Shown: piece after piece, positions 23,818 through 36,330 of the stretch
Position numbering within the stretch: the stretch's first letter is position 1
How the letters are laid out: the number at the start of each line of letters is the position of its first letter
NCBI GenBank assembly: GCA_050084515.1
Contig: CM114271.1
Span: 27,714,001 to 27,778,000 of the forward strand
Length of the DNA stretch: 64,000 nucleotides
Direction of reading: 5' to 3'
DNA from: Blasia pusilla
Taxonomy: Eukaryota
Program-made: the position numbers and the translations under genes
Notes under the pieces: model-generated
The model's database searches: none
What the model was told of the DNA's origin: nothing
The model's input: only the letters and a program-made list of their open reading frames with translations

Positions 23818-24665
23818 ATGGATTACAGCAGTCTCAGTCGCGCGGAGCTGCAGCAGCTGTGCAAGAAGGAAGGCCTCCCTGCGACTAAAAGCAAGCAGGA
23901 GTTAATCACCGCCCTCACGAAAGCGGCGACTTTGAGCGCTCCTGCTCCACCACAAATTGTTGCGGTCGCACCAGTTGCTCCCAGTTTAGAGCAGACAAAG
24001 GAGACTGCGATGACTGTGCCCAAGGTTGTCTCCCCGCCAGTTCCCACGGAAGACTGTACAGGAGCTTCGCTTCGGACTTCCTCAAGATCGGGGAGGGTCA
24101 TCCAGGCGCGCGCTTGCACCATGTGCGATTGTCACACCGGAAAATTGAACATGGGTAAACCGAGCGTGGATGCGAGCGTCTTAGATCTTGCGGACAAGCT
24201 GGCGACAGTGAATCTTGTGCCCGAGATCACGAGTTCCGAGCCAATCGAGGTCGATAGACCTCACGAGCCTGCAGCGAAGCCCGCAAAGAGTACCAAAGTG
24301 CGTTCGGCGACCGCCCGAGGACCATTGAAATCGAAAGACAATCAGAGCAACGTAGTTGCAGCGGACGTTCCAACTGTTGCCGCTTCACCGAAAGCGAAGC
24401 AATCTAAAGCAAAGACTACAATCAAGGAGCTCGCTTCTCCCAACGACGCGACTGTAACCGGCAAAGAGAACGCCATTACACACGTTCAGGCAGCTGCTCG
24501 GCCCTCAAGGAAATCCCGTTCTCTGAAGGTAAGTCTCTCGCGCGCATCCTTTTCTTATCCCTCGGGTATGCATAGCATTTGATATCAGAGCGTCTGACAC
24601 TTCCTATCCTAATGCTTCCATTCTGACCGCACTGGACCAATTCATTCCTGCAGGAAATTGCTTGA
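23818..24665 (+). CDS. SAP/HeH-like domain protein with a low-complexity Ala/Lys/Pro-rich tail
   Basis: N-terminus YSSLSRAELQQLCKKEGLPATKSKQELITAL fits a SAP-type helix-extended-helix. Donor AAG|GTAAG after 24528. Tentative exon 2 from 24654 gives EIA*. The 3' structure is uncertain. Confidence 0.65.
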
Positions 24666-27484
24666 GGATGGACGTTTCGCGAAGGTATGAGGGATCGAAT
24701 CCAAATAGTCTAGTTTCTTGTAGGAAATCAATTGTGTATTGGTCAGTAGTTCTGACCCCGACACATAGTAGGCTCTCCTATCAGGTTTTACCTTGTTGCC
24801 TCGACAAGGCATCATGCGAGTAGATGCGTTCCCTTGAGCAACGCTTGCCTGCTCTGCCGGAGGCCGCTCTAGTGGTGATACATGAGGATCATCTGGAGCT
24901 TCCGAACTATAAAATCACCTTGACTCCATTTCAATGACTCTTCAAGGCCCTTCCGAGTTCATTGTGTTTGTCTTGCAGTATTCTTCACCCATTGTCACAA
25001 CTGTTCCGAAGATGACCAAGAATAGTTTGTCCCGATTGAATTGTTTCGGCAACCGTGCAGTGGGTCTAAGACCTTCATAGTTTGTCAGCTTACGTCCTTC
25101 GTTGAGATTAATGCATGTTCAGAAGCTGTTCTGTGCTGCGTATGGTGTCGTTTAGGGTCCCATTGGCCGCCGTAGAGGTCGCGGCGACCTCATTTCCGCG
25201 ACCAATTTCCGTAGGACAAGCCAAGAAAGTACACAGGTTTTCAAACGGTCAGATATGAGTGAAAAGCGTCGCGCCCAAAAAAATTGTGCGCAGAAAAAGT
25301 GGCGAGCCCGAAGGTCGCCGCGATGCACCGCCCATGTGGCCTCGTATGAGCCCTTGGGAGTAGGTCCATGGGTCGGCATTTAGGGTCGGCATTTTTGTGC
25401 GCGCAAAACTTCTGGGCGTGTAAACTGTCTTCCAGCGTCCTCGCGACCTTTGGAAATACATGCTAATGGTTACTACAACTTACCGATGTGTTTTCTTGGA
25501 TTGTCCGTCTGAAGTGAGGTCCATGGGACCTGGCCCAAAGTATTAGGATGCGCAAACTCTACTCTCATACGTTCTTGCGGAGAGTCGAGATAACTTCAGG
25601 AAACAGATCCTGTCCTCCATTGTTTTTCCAAGTCGCTGAGCTTCCTTGCGAACCATTACCTGTACTCTATTTAAAATAGACGATTTAAGGCGGCCACAGA
25701 GTGCAGGTCACCACTCAGCCGACCTAGGAAGAGAGGGAATTTAAGCCCTTGTGAGGATGAATTTTCAGTTTGATGGCGATGACTCGCAAACTATACTTTT
25801 CATGTCTACTATCTCGCGTAATATCCCAGAATCTAGGCCAATCAGCATCCTTTCAACTTCCAGTGAACCTTATTCACATTCACCTGCACAAAGGACTCGA
25901 GCTACGCTGTGCGGTCTGGCAGTCACCCCAAATGCTCTTCCGCCATGTGTACCAAAACCTTTAGTATCTTCAAGAGAAGATTGCTATCAGGACAAAGCGA
26001 CGTAAATACGTCGGCTAAAGCGTAGAAAATCGCTGTTACTATAAACGGATCCAAACACGTTCGCTCATGAGGAATATCGGGCTGAGCAGATTCACAACCT
26101 AAATCCGCTGCTAACCAAGTCACCAGCAGCGTCCCCCTAAAAGTTATCCATTCTTCTTATGGTGGGTTCTTCAATGTCATTTCCGGAATGTATTCCAATT
26201 GGATAATATTGCATGGGAGTTTGTTCCTCATTCCGTTTTTCCTTGGAAAAAATGATAATTTTGTCGGTGAAAACATTAATTGGATAAGTCAATTAAATAT
26301 CAAGGCTGAACATGTTTGTTATAACCATGTCTAACTTACAAAACCCAAAACACAGGTAAAAATACTCCCTAAGATAAATGAGTTAAAAAAATGTTTGAAA
26401 TTTTTTGTTGGTGTATTATTTGTGAAGGAAGAGATTAATGATATAATACGTAAATTCAAACTTTGTTTATTGTAGCTTCCATAAATAGACACATTTTTGT
26501 TTATTTGCCACATCTGAAAGAGAGGGGCGAGATGTTTGAAAAAAAGACACCCTCTCAAGACATTGGAGACGTTATTTGTGTCATGAGCGCCAAGCATAAT
26601 TACCTTAACAGAACGGCTTATAAACAAATGTGGATGATATTTGAAAAGAAACATATTTAAAATTTTAGGTGTAATGTTTTCCACTCTTCAAAATCTTAAA
26701 AGAGCAAAAAAATCACCTTAGATACTATTTATCTCCCCTAAATAATTACATTCTTCTTTAAACATTCCTACAAAAATTATTCTTCCTCTTCTACTCTTCC
26801 TACCAAAATCACCTTCACTAAAAAATTTTCTAATTAATTTTATTTAATTAAATGATTTTCCTTTTCCATTAAAATTTACTTCCTTTCCCAAAATATCACA
26901 CGTGAAATAATAATAATAATAGTAAAATATTCACATCATTAATTAAAAATTTTAAATATAATTATTATTTTCTAAAATCTTAGAAGAATAAGAAAATTTC
27001 ACTGTTTTAAGTCATTACAATACTCCATTCAAATTTAAATGACATCCCAATCCTCTAAATTTTTTTAACCTTCCATAAAATTTGATCTACTCCTTATCCA
27101 TTAAAATTTGTATGAATTAAGACATAAATTCTAAATTTTTTTATTCCAAATTATTCCAAATTATTAATACTTATAATCCCCCCATTATAATATTAAATAA
27201 TTATTAATAATTAATAAACTACCTTTCTATTTTACTCAAATCCTTATGATTTTTTTACTTGGAGTATTTCTACCCATCTAGTGTGGTTTAAATAATAAAA
27301 TTCAAACAGGTTCATTACTTGAATACCCCCTCCCTACTCCTAAAGCCTCACTACTTGAATACCCCTCCCCCCTCATGTGTCGGCCCTCCACGTGTCGCAA
27401 GGCTAAGACCTCAAAACGCCTACGTGTCATTACCTGAGGACGGGTTCTCAAACCACGTCCTCTTTTAATATTATAGATATTGTT

Positions 27485-27864
27485 ACTAGTCTAATTAGTG
27501 CCCGCGTGATGGAACGTGTCACGCGTGTATTTAAACGCTTAGGAACACGTGTCGTCTCCCGCAGGAGTCGCCATATAGAGTCATAGATGGAACCCTCCGC
27601 AAATTATAGTATAGATAAACCTACAAGTTAGATAGATAGAAATGAAAATATTTCACATCTATCTAGCTTACCAAACACATAACATAATAATACATACAAT
27701 GTTAGTAGTTTAATTAGTGCCCGCGTGATAGAACGTATCATAGATGTGCACTCCTTGTGTGCGTATACTCCTCTTATGAATACACCTTATGAATGTGCGT
27801 ACACACCTCTCTTGAGCCCTGCCCCGTATTTAAACGCTTAGGAACACGTGTCGTGTTCCGGAGG
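27485..27864 (-). repeat. Tandem Helitron-like 3' termini; target site of element 3
   Basis: Minus strand reads CGCGTGA...TCACGCG hairpin then GGCACTAATTAGA-CTAGT at about 27485-27527, with a second copy at about 27703. 27525-27657 duplicates the joined flanks of element 3. Confidence 0.65.
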
Positions 27865-28772
27865 AGTCGTGCGGATACACATCGTTACACAACATACATC
27901 GCTGTCATCGAACACATGCTCACTCATGGCATCCAAACAACGAGACAAGAAGTACCAAAATATCTCCAATAAATCAAGATCCAATCTCTCTCAACACTAT
28001 AGCTCTCAAATGTATGCACTCTCACATAATCCTCTGTATGTCAAACCAAACCCACTCTCCTAATGAGAGGCTTGGATTACACACACAAGGCAAACAAGAC
28101 CATAGCTCCGTCGCCTCATGCCAAGAGGTTCAACAAAGAGAGAATGACCTCTCAAGCTCTCTCTCCTTGAGGTATACCCCTCCCTTCTCCCAAGCTCCCT
28201 CCATGATAACCTATGCTCCCAAGTCACCTCCTTGGCTCTTGACCTGATGTAGAAGGTCAAGGGACTCTTACCAAAAATATAGAGTTAGCCATATACTCAA
28301 AATGGTACTTACCTAAAATAGTAAGTTTCTCAATATGGCTCCAAATGAGCCGAAACGAACGGAAACCTGCTCTCTCAGGTTTCCCAGGGCCTCTACAGGT
28401 CATTCTCAACCTCATAAGGCTATCCTCCACTACTCGCAAAGGCGCTCTACTAGATCTCACCGATCTATCCTAAAAGATGTGACAACTGTCGTGCACATAC
28501 ACATCGCTGTCACGGAATACACACACAAACACGCACGATCACATGCTCACTCATGGCATCCAAAAAATGAGATAAGAAGTACCAAAATATCTCCAATCGC
28601 CCCCCTAGTTGGTGGTTAGGTCCCTCTAACTCCAGATAGCCATCCATACCTACCATGACATACATCTCTCGGACGCTAAGAGCAAGAAGGCCGGGTGCTC
28701 ATGTGGCCCCATCATTAGTCGCCTTCTTGTCATTCTTGTCATAAACACAAGTCGGAATGTAGAAGTACCTAC

Positions 28773-30780
28773 TTTATGTACATCTGGGACACATCCATCA
28801 TCCCTGAGGAACCCTAGTAAGAGGTGGCGTCAAACATGCCACATGCCATCCTCTCGAACATGCATCATAGACTAGCATATTGGCTGCACCACGAGCAAAA
28901 CCACACAACATACATCGCAAGCGTGCACGAACCATTGCTAAGCTCGGATCAACTGTACCATCAATGTTCGAAAGATGACACGGCGCACAGTTATGCACAT
29001 GGTCCTTCCAAACCACACTATCATGTCCCTCCAATAAGAGAACACCAGATGGCAAAACCTCACGCACTCTCAAGATGGTGCGCCCTGTAGTCACATCCAA
29101 CGTTGTGAGTGGGGTTTGCTGCAAGTAGACATAGTCTCTTTGATGAAACCTCCGGGTAGTGGGTTGATAACCAGCCCCGAATAGTCGCATACCTCAATGT
29201 ATCCCGATGCTGCGCAATCGCGCCAAGTTCTCAAACGCCATGGGCATCACTCTCCAAAACAACTCAACCCTCTCTGAACATGCTCTCATCCATACATCAG
29301 GGTCATCAAGGTTCAACACCTCACCAAAATCTCAATGAACGGCCACACGTAAATCTGGCTCACGGCCATAAAGCAGCACGTACGGTGAGAAAGACGCTAA
29401 GAATGTCTACCTGCTGAATCTGTATCCCATCGCCAACCACGACAAATGAAGGTCCCAATAAATGCAAGAACATACCATTCCATGCTGTAAATGGGTTGAG
29501 CTCTCTAGAGTTCCTGACCCGCGGGGAGTCGCACCAACTCCTGAACTCTGATATGAAATCGTGCAACTCAATCGTGCTTACTGCACCTGAAAACCTACGC
29601 GGTCCTCTATCCCGGTCGTCCATCTCGTATGCCCAACTGGTAGGACCACTCACAATGTGTGGCGATGTCACACAAGGAGGTCGAGGTGGTCCCTCATATG
29701 GAGATCCTCGGAACCTCGCACCATTCCGCGTAAAACCTCTAGAGCTACTCTCGGGTTCACCACCTCGCCTCTCAAAGTCCCGAACGGATGCGGTGATGAC
29801 CCTCGTGCCCCTCTCACCCAATCACTCTCAACCTCACGAGTAATCCCTCAATCACTCATCCCAAACACGCGGCACTCGATCTACACTCTCCCTCCCCGAG
29901 ACGTGTAACGTGCGGCAACACGCGGCGTCGGGCAAATCGACCAAACTATCATCTCATCGACAACTTACCCTTATCTCCGAACATCCCACACAGGTCTATG
30001 TCCCCTAAACCCACACATCATCGATGCTCCTAGCATCAATAGAAAACCCAATATCCCAAATAACTACCCAATATTTAGGTTACCTCTTTGCAAGCCATAC
30101 TTGTGTAATCCTCTATTCACCGTCTGCACAACCCTCTCTGCTAGTCCATCCGCCTCAGGATGATCTCACGAAGTGATGCGGTTGACAATCAGTGCTTGAT
30201 CATACAAGGCCTGAAACTCCCCGCAAACTCTGTACCCTGGTCTGTCAACACCTCAGTTGGTGCCCCGTAATGACTCAACACTCGATCTAGGAAGGCATAC
30301 GCTACTCCCTCACTCGCTGTGTCAGGTAATGCAACCAACTCTATCCACTTCGAGAAGTGCTCGACCATCACCAACACATAACGACTATGGCGCTCTGTCA
30401 AAAGCAAAGGTCTTGCAAAATCCAAACTCCATCTATAACCTTAACCCATGATCGAAAGTGGATGCAACTGTGGAGTCGGAGCATTGAACGATGCTTGGAC
30501 TCGATCACACGACATGCATGTGGGAACAAAGTGCTGAATGTTAGTCTGCATACCTCGCCACCAATATTGAATCTGGAGCAAGGTGTAAGTCCGCTTCACT
30601 CCAAAATGACCCAACTCCTCATGAGCATGACGCACCAAACGTGCTCTTTGCGAAGGATGAGGCACTACACGCACTCTACCATCCTCCCACACTAGCAACA
30701 CATGTGTCCTCTCCCATTGAAACCATCTGGCTCGTTGTAGGATCCGATCCTGCTCTCTAGCACCCATTGTGCTCACGACG
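28773..30780 (-). pseudogene. Element 3 integrase with PHD finger, interrupted by an insertion
   Basis: HAHEELGHFGVKRTY, DFARPL, TDQGTEF, and LRCMLCG...DACSRGWHVACLTPPL...*WMCPRC. Confidence 0.92.
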
Positions 30781-30989
30781 CTGCCTGTACGCAGTTACTC
30801 CAAGACCACTCCATCGACGTGAATGTCTTGATCATGTGTCATCTCCTCACCGGCTTCTGGATCTAAGGACTCTCCATCACACCTCGCCATTAAAGTCTCA
30901 GCAATTTGGCTCTCCATAGCCAACAATCCAAATAGGCTGACGCATGCCATCCTGGCATCAACTCCTCATCACTCTTACCATGCCAACGA

Positions 30990-32340
30990 GCTCTAGTCGC
31001 ATCTCGTTGACTCGGGCATGGATTACGGCTCAAACCATCTGCATCCTGGTTGAGCATCCCATGTCTATGCACCACCTAGAAGTCATACACCTGCAACAAA
31101 AGAGCCTACCTCGCAAGCTTCCTTATAAGCTTGTCGGACTCCATCAACCACTTAAGTGGCTGATGATCAGTAATGATGGTAAAGGGATTTCCGAATAGAT
31201 AACATCTGAAATGTGCGACAACCCACACTGTAGCCAAGCACTCACCCTCATACGAGCTATACTTTGCCTTTGTAGGGTTGTTGGGTTGTAAGCCACCACA
31301 AACTCTCTACCATCATCGTCATGCTAGGTGAGCACGGCTCCAAGCCCCAACATGCTCTAATCGGTATGCAAATGGAAAGGACGCCCCCTGATTGATCTCC
31401 TCAATATGGGCATGGACGTCAATCTTTCCTTGAGCATCTAAAATGCTCTCTCCTGCTCATCCCGCCAATGCCACTCCTGATCCACCTTGGTTAGCAAGGT
31501 CATCGGCTTCGCAATTGAGCTGAAACTCTTGACGTACCGTCGATAGAAGTTCGCCAATCCTATGAATGCACAAACTCGACTCACATCTGTAGGGCATGAA
31601 ATCTTGAAATAGCCTCTACCTTTGTCTGCTGCACACCAAGGCCCCCGGGTATATTGTATGACCCAAGTACTCAATCTTGTTGTAAAAGAACTTGCATTTG
31701 CCTGGATGTTGCTTCAACCCATGTAACTGCAATCATCGAAACACCTCCTCGAGATGTCGCCCATGCTCCTCAACCGTGGCGCTAAAGACTACGATGTCAT
31801 CAATATAACATCTAGCAAAATCCAGACGTGCCAAGATCCTATCGGCGACCCTCTCAAACTCAGCCAAAGCGTTCTTTAACCCGACTGGAAAGAAACGCCA
31901 CTGGTACAAACAATCCTTCCCGTGAGGATCGATGTCCCAAAATACTGTCTTCTGCCTGTCCTCCAATCAAATAGGGAGCTGATGTTATTTGGCTCACAAA
32001 TCCAATGAACTGAAGACCTTTGCATGCCCAATTGCATCAAAGATCTCCTCAGGGATAGGCATGGCATATCAGACTTCGTCGATCGATTGATAGGTCGGTA
32101 ATCTCCATACATCCGCCTATCCGTCCAGTTGCCATGCACATCCTTCTTGGCAGGCATGACAGTGGCATATGCATACTCCCCATGCGTCATCTCCACTAGT
32201 CCTGCTCTGACCAAGTCTTGGCTCCTACTCTCAATCTGAGCCCTCTCCAAGTCAGTGTACCTATAGGGTCATGAGAAGATTGGCGTGTCGCTCGACAACT
32301 GAATGTGGATTCCTAGACCCTTCAACATACCCAAATCATG
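30990..32340 (-). pseudogene. pol: Element 3 reverse transcriptase and RNase H
   Basis: DRRMYGDYRPIN, PVGLKNALAEF, CYIDDIVVFS, FIGLANFYRRYV, ADGLSR. Confidence 0.95.
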
Positions 32341-32799
32341 CATGCTAAATGCAAAACAGTTCCTATAAGTCCTAAGGAATTGGTGTATTTGATGCTGCTC
32401 TCCTCCTGTCAACTTAGGGCCCATATCTGGCTCCCAAGTCTCCATCGTGACTATAGTAGGACTCTCCGACGCGGGTGTTGGTGGTTGCTATGGTGCAACC
32501 CCGTCTCGGACAACAAAACTCGACTACTCCCCTACAGCCAGCTTTAAAATCGGATCTCCATTTGTAGTACCCGCAACCACGCTCGATGCTGTGGCTACTA
32601 TCTCCTGGCGTACCTACAAAACATGCCAAGAAGTCCAAGGTTGTCTCTCCCAATCACCCTTGGTGTGTCGATCTCCTCCGGTCTCGCCCCCAGCCACTGC
32701 CTCAACCGTCTCGGTAGGCATGGGGCTCACCAACGCAACTATTGTGATCTGTCGCATCCTCAAACGATACTGCTCAGCTAGTCCTAAGATGAAAATCCT

Positions 32800-33540
32800 T
32801 GTCAAGTAGTTGAGGTCCATCGCCTTACCCAAGACATGACGTTGTGATGCCTCTGATAGTGACGGTGCTATCGTCACTCCTGTGGGGAATCCCATCGCTC
32901 GCTCTCGCTCATCGGCGTTGGGCTCCACCAACCTCTATACCTTGTCATCCCAAACCAAGCCACGTCCGGCCTCCTTGAATACATAGGAAGCGGGAAAACT
33001 CACCAATGTGGAAAAGGTTGCCCGTGGCATGCCAATCTTTTTTACCACAGTCAACTACGGTCGATCATCGTGCCTCATTGCCTGTAATCGACGACCCAAA
33101 TCCAATATAGAATCCACCAACAAATTGGAGGGGCGCTCCACTCTCGCATATGCCCTCCGCATCACCTCATGTGGTACCAAGTTGGTCCACCAAAGACGTA
33201 GGCAATGTGCTTGCCAATCCACACTCGCCGCATCCAACAAAACTGTCGGGCCGATCCATGCGCACACCTGATGTGCACTCGTTACCACACGAGACCTCGA
33301 GAAATACAAGATCGTTACATTCTCCATAATGTATGCTGGAGGACGAGACTGATGCTCCTGCAAGTGTCGTAAGATCCGCATAATCTCCCAAAAAACCTCG
33401 ACCAAGAGTCAGCTAATCCGCTATCTCGTCTAGCACTCGACTCACCCTCAATGGCCAACCTGCAATGACCAAGTCTATGGTCCCTACCCGCTCCAAGTCT
33501 TGCGCCCCCAACAATAAAATGTCCCTCGGTAGGGAACTCT
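32800..33540 (-). pseudogene. Element 3 DNMT domain (motifs I-II deleted)
   Basis: DLVIAGWP, YIMENV, AHCLRLWWTNL, EPNADERERAMGFP, VLGKAMD. Collinear with the element 1 domain. Confidence 0.9.
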
Positions 33541-33949
33541 AGTGATGTCCAAAGGGGTCATAGCAGCACTCCTGCCTACCTGGGGTTCCTCCGATCCGTC
33601 ACACTCTGGTGCAAACGTCTCGCTCCACGCGGTCTGCACATGCTCAATGGCTCAACGTCGAAGCTCCTCAGTCGAGCCCCAAAGAAGCACCTCTCCTCTA
33701 TAGATTGATATGGCTACCATGACACTCCTCTCCATAGAAATTCCAAGAACTGGAGTACCCTCTGCATGGACATGTTCCTCAATAAAATCATGAGGCCACG
33801 TGATGACACTACTAAATGCTGCTAAGGTCGCCATCTCTCCTGGCCGTCGCTCGATCACTGCACATGTGAATCGAACGGGTAATGAGCTAAGGCGCCCATC
33901 ACTTGAGTGGCATCATGGTCTGTAGGACACTGACTCCTCCCCCACTAAT

Positions 33950-36330
33950 CCAGGGAAAACCCATTCGGGTATAACACTGCTCCACCAACCAAGACGTCGT
34001 AGGACTCTGCATCAGTCACTATCGCCTTGGCTCGCACCACGGACTCATCTGTAAGATGTCCCGAGAGAATCCTCACCATGACCTCATGTCGGGTGATATA
34101 CTTGTGTAGTACTCGCTCCACCTAAGGATGTTTGTATCCGGAATGCACAACGCTCCACATCGGCTCACGTCAAGCCCAATCATCTGAAAGATGCTTTCCC
34201 CAACATCAGGGGTTGCACTCCTTAATCCAACAAGACGCGATGTGGACTAAAAGCTCTACCTCCGGGACCCACCAACTAGAAGACCTCTCCCTGATTATCT
34301 AGCAATACAACACAAGGAGAAGCCATGGCACACTCTATCGCGGGTCTAGCAGGCATCTCCGTTATCCTAGAAGCCACAGCCTGCCATGAATCTTCCGTGG
34401 ATGGCCCGAGCTTCTGCTCCAAGGGCAGATCCATCACCTCCTCTACGATCACCTCTGAACCTGATGGAGGGACTCCAACTCCATGCTCACATAGCGTAGT
34501 GGCCAGCCGGAACATCTCGGCGGGCGTACCTCCCAATGTCATAACATTGGAAGCAAAAAATAGCGGAGCACAAAACACCATTGTGGCCACCCCCAACATC
34601 GTACTCGACACATGCTCCTCTTGAGCATCAGCAATAGGAGTCATCGCACTTGTTTCTCCCATTTTCCTCCGTACCTGCACACCAATAACATCACCAACTC
34701 TCCGAGAACTCTGATCAGGACCCAGACAATGTGTAAGACTCAAGAAGCCTGGTCTCTTTCTTGGCTTCCCCTCGCTGTGGATCCAACTCTGCGGCTCCTC
34801 CATCTGGGCAACCCCGCACATCCAACCAGGATCCTCCATATCTGTGGCTGCTCCATATGATGTTGATGCCACAAATCTGGCCTTGGGTAACCTCAATACC
34901 ATAGCGGCAATCTGCTCATGTAGTTGTTGTATGTGAGCAGCCATCCCAGCCTCACACCTGACGTCTCCCTCAACGCATCTAGGTGGTGGGACTCTATCTC
35001 CTCCACGAGTAGCTCCACCACCCTGTCAGGCAACTCCAGCTCCTCGTCCCCCAACGGAACCAGTTGGTGCAAGATCTCTAGCCGACCCGGACCGGCTACT
35101 CGCCCTGGTGTCCTCTCTGGCCCTCAGTCCGGACGTAACTCAACATGTAAACTGAAACACCTGGCATGTCTGTGACCATACCTCTAACAATAGTCACACT
35201 AATAACCTCCTCGTGCAACACCATCTTCTCCTCCATGTTGAGGAACACGTCCATCACCTTGACGAGTGCAATCACGTTGGTGATGGGCTCCACCACATGA
35301 CCAACAAGTAATCGTAGGTGGCTGCTGCTGAGCGGCATATGAAGGCGTAGGTCTTTGCGTCCGGTATCCTCCCTGAGATTGTTGTGCCACAGTCGACCTA
35401 TCTTGGAGTCCACGTTGGTGGCTCAATGTTCTTGGCAGTCCTAAAAACATCTCTCAACGTAGGGGAGGTGTTCATAAGAAACATCCCCTCCCGTACCCGT
35501 GTCCACACATCTTCTACTATGACTGGATAGCCTGAGCCTCTGTCATCCCCTGAGTGACGTTGATCAACCGGCGCAAGCGAGTGTAAGCCTCATGAAAACT
35601 CTCACCCGAGCGCCTCTAGAAGTCGTGGATGCTCCGTAACTTCTTTGTCTGTACCCCCTGATAGCTCACCCTCAACTCAGCGAAGAACTCAACCATGGGG
35701 TTGAACTTGGAACAAACTCGACTAGATGGTGCAACTGCTCTAGTGCAAGTGACCCCTCCTAAAACACCACTAGTGGAAGAGGAAGTAGCTCTCTTGACTC
35801 CTCTTCCTCATCTGGGAATGGCTTCGTCCACGACACATAGTGTGGGTTATAGTAGAGTCGCCATGCCTCAATCTCTTGGGCATATCTGTGGGAGAACTCG
35901 TGGTAATTGTCCATGGGCGTTCCCTAATGATGGAATATACCGTTCCATGGTGTAAACGGGTTGAACTCTTTAGAGTTCCTAGCCCGCTGTGAGTCACACC
36001 AACTCCTGAACTCCGCAATGAAGTCGTGTAGCTCTATAGTGCCTATAGCACCTGAAAACCTATGCCGTCCTCTACCCTTGTCGTTCATCTCATACGCCCA
36101 ACTGGTAGAACCACTCGATGTGTACGGTGGATCACTAACACACTCCTCTACTTGCTCCCCCTCGTCTGAAGACGACACAGAAGGAGATCAAGGTGGTCTC
36201 TCACGTGGAGACCCTTGAAACCTTGCACCTCTCCGGGTAAACCCTCCAAAGCTACTCTCAGGTCCACTACCTCGCCTCTCAAAATCCCGAAAGGATGCCG
36301 TGATGGCCCTTGTGCCCCTCTCACACAATC
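33950..36330 (-). pseudogene. gag: Element 3 gag and aspartic protease
   Basis: RFSGAIGTIELHDFIAEFRSWCD, knuckle CWSCGGAHHQRDC, and protease VLLD*GVQPLMLGK at about 34200-34240. Confidence 0.85.
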
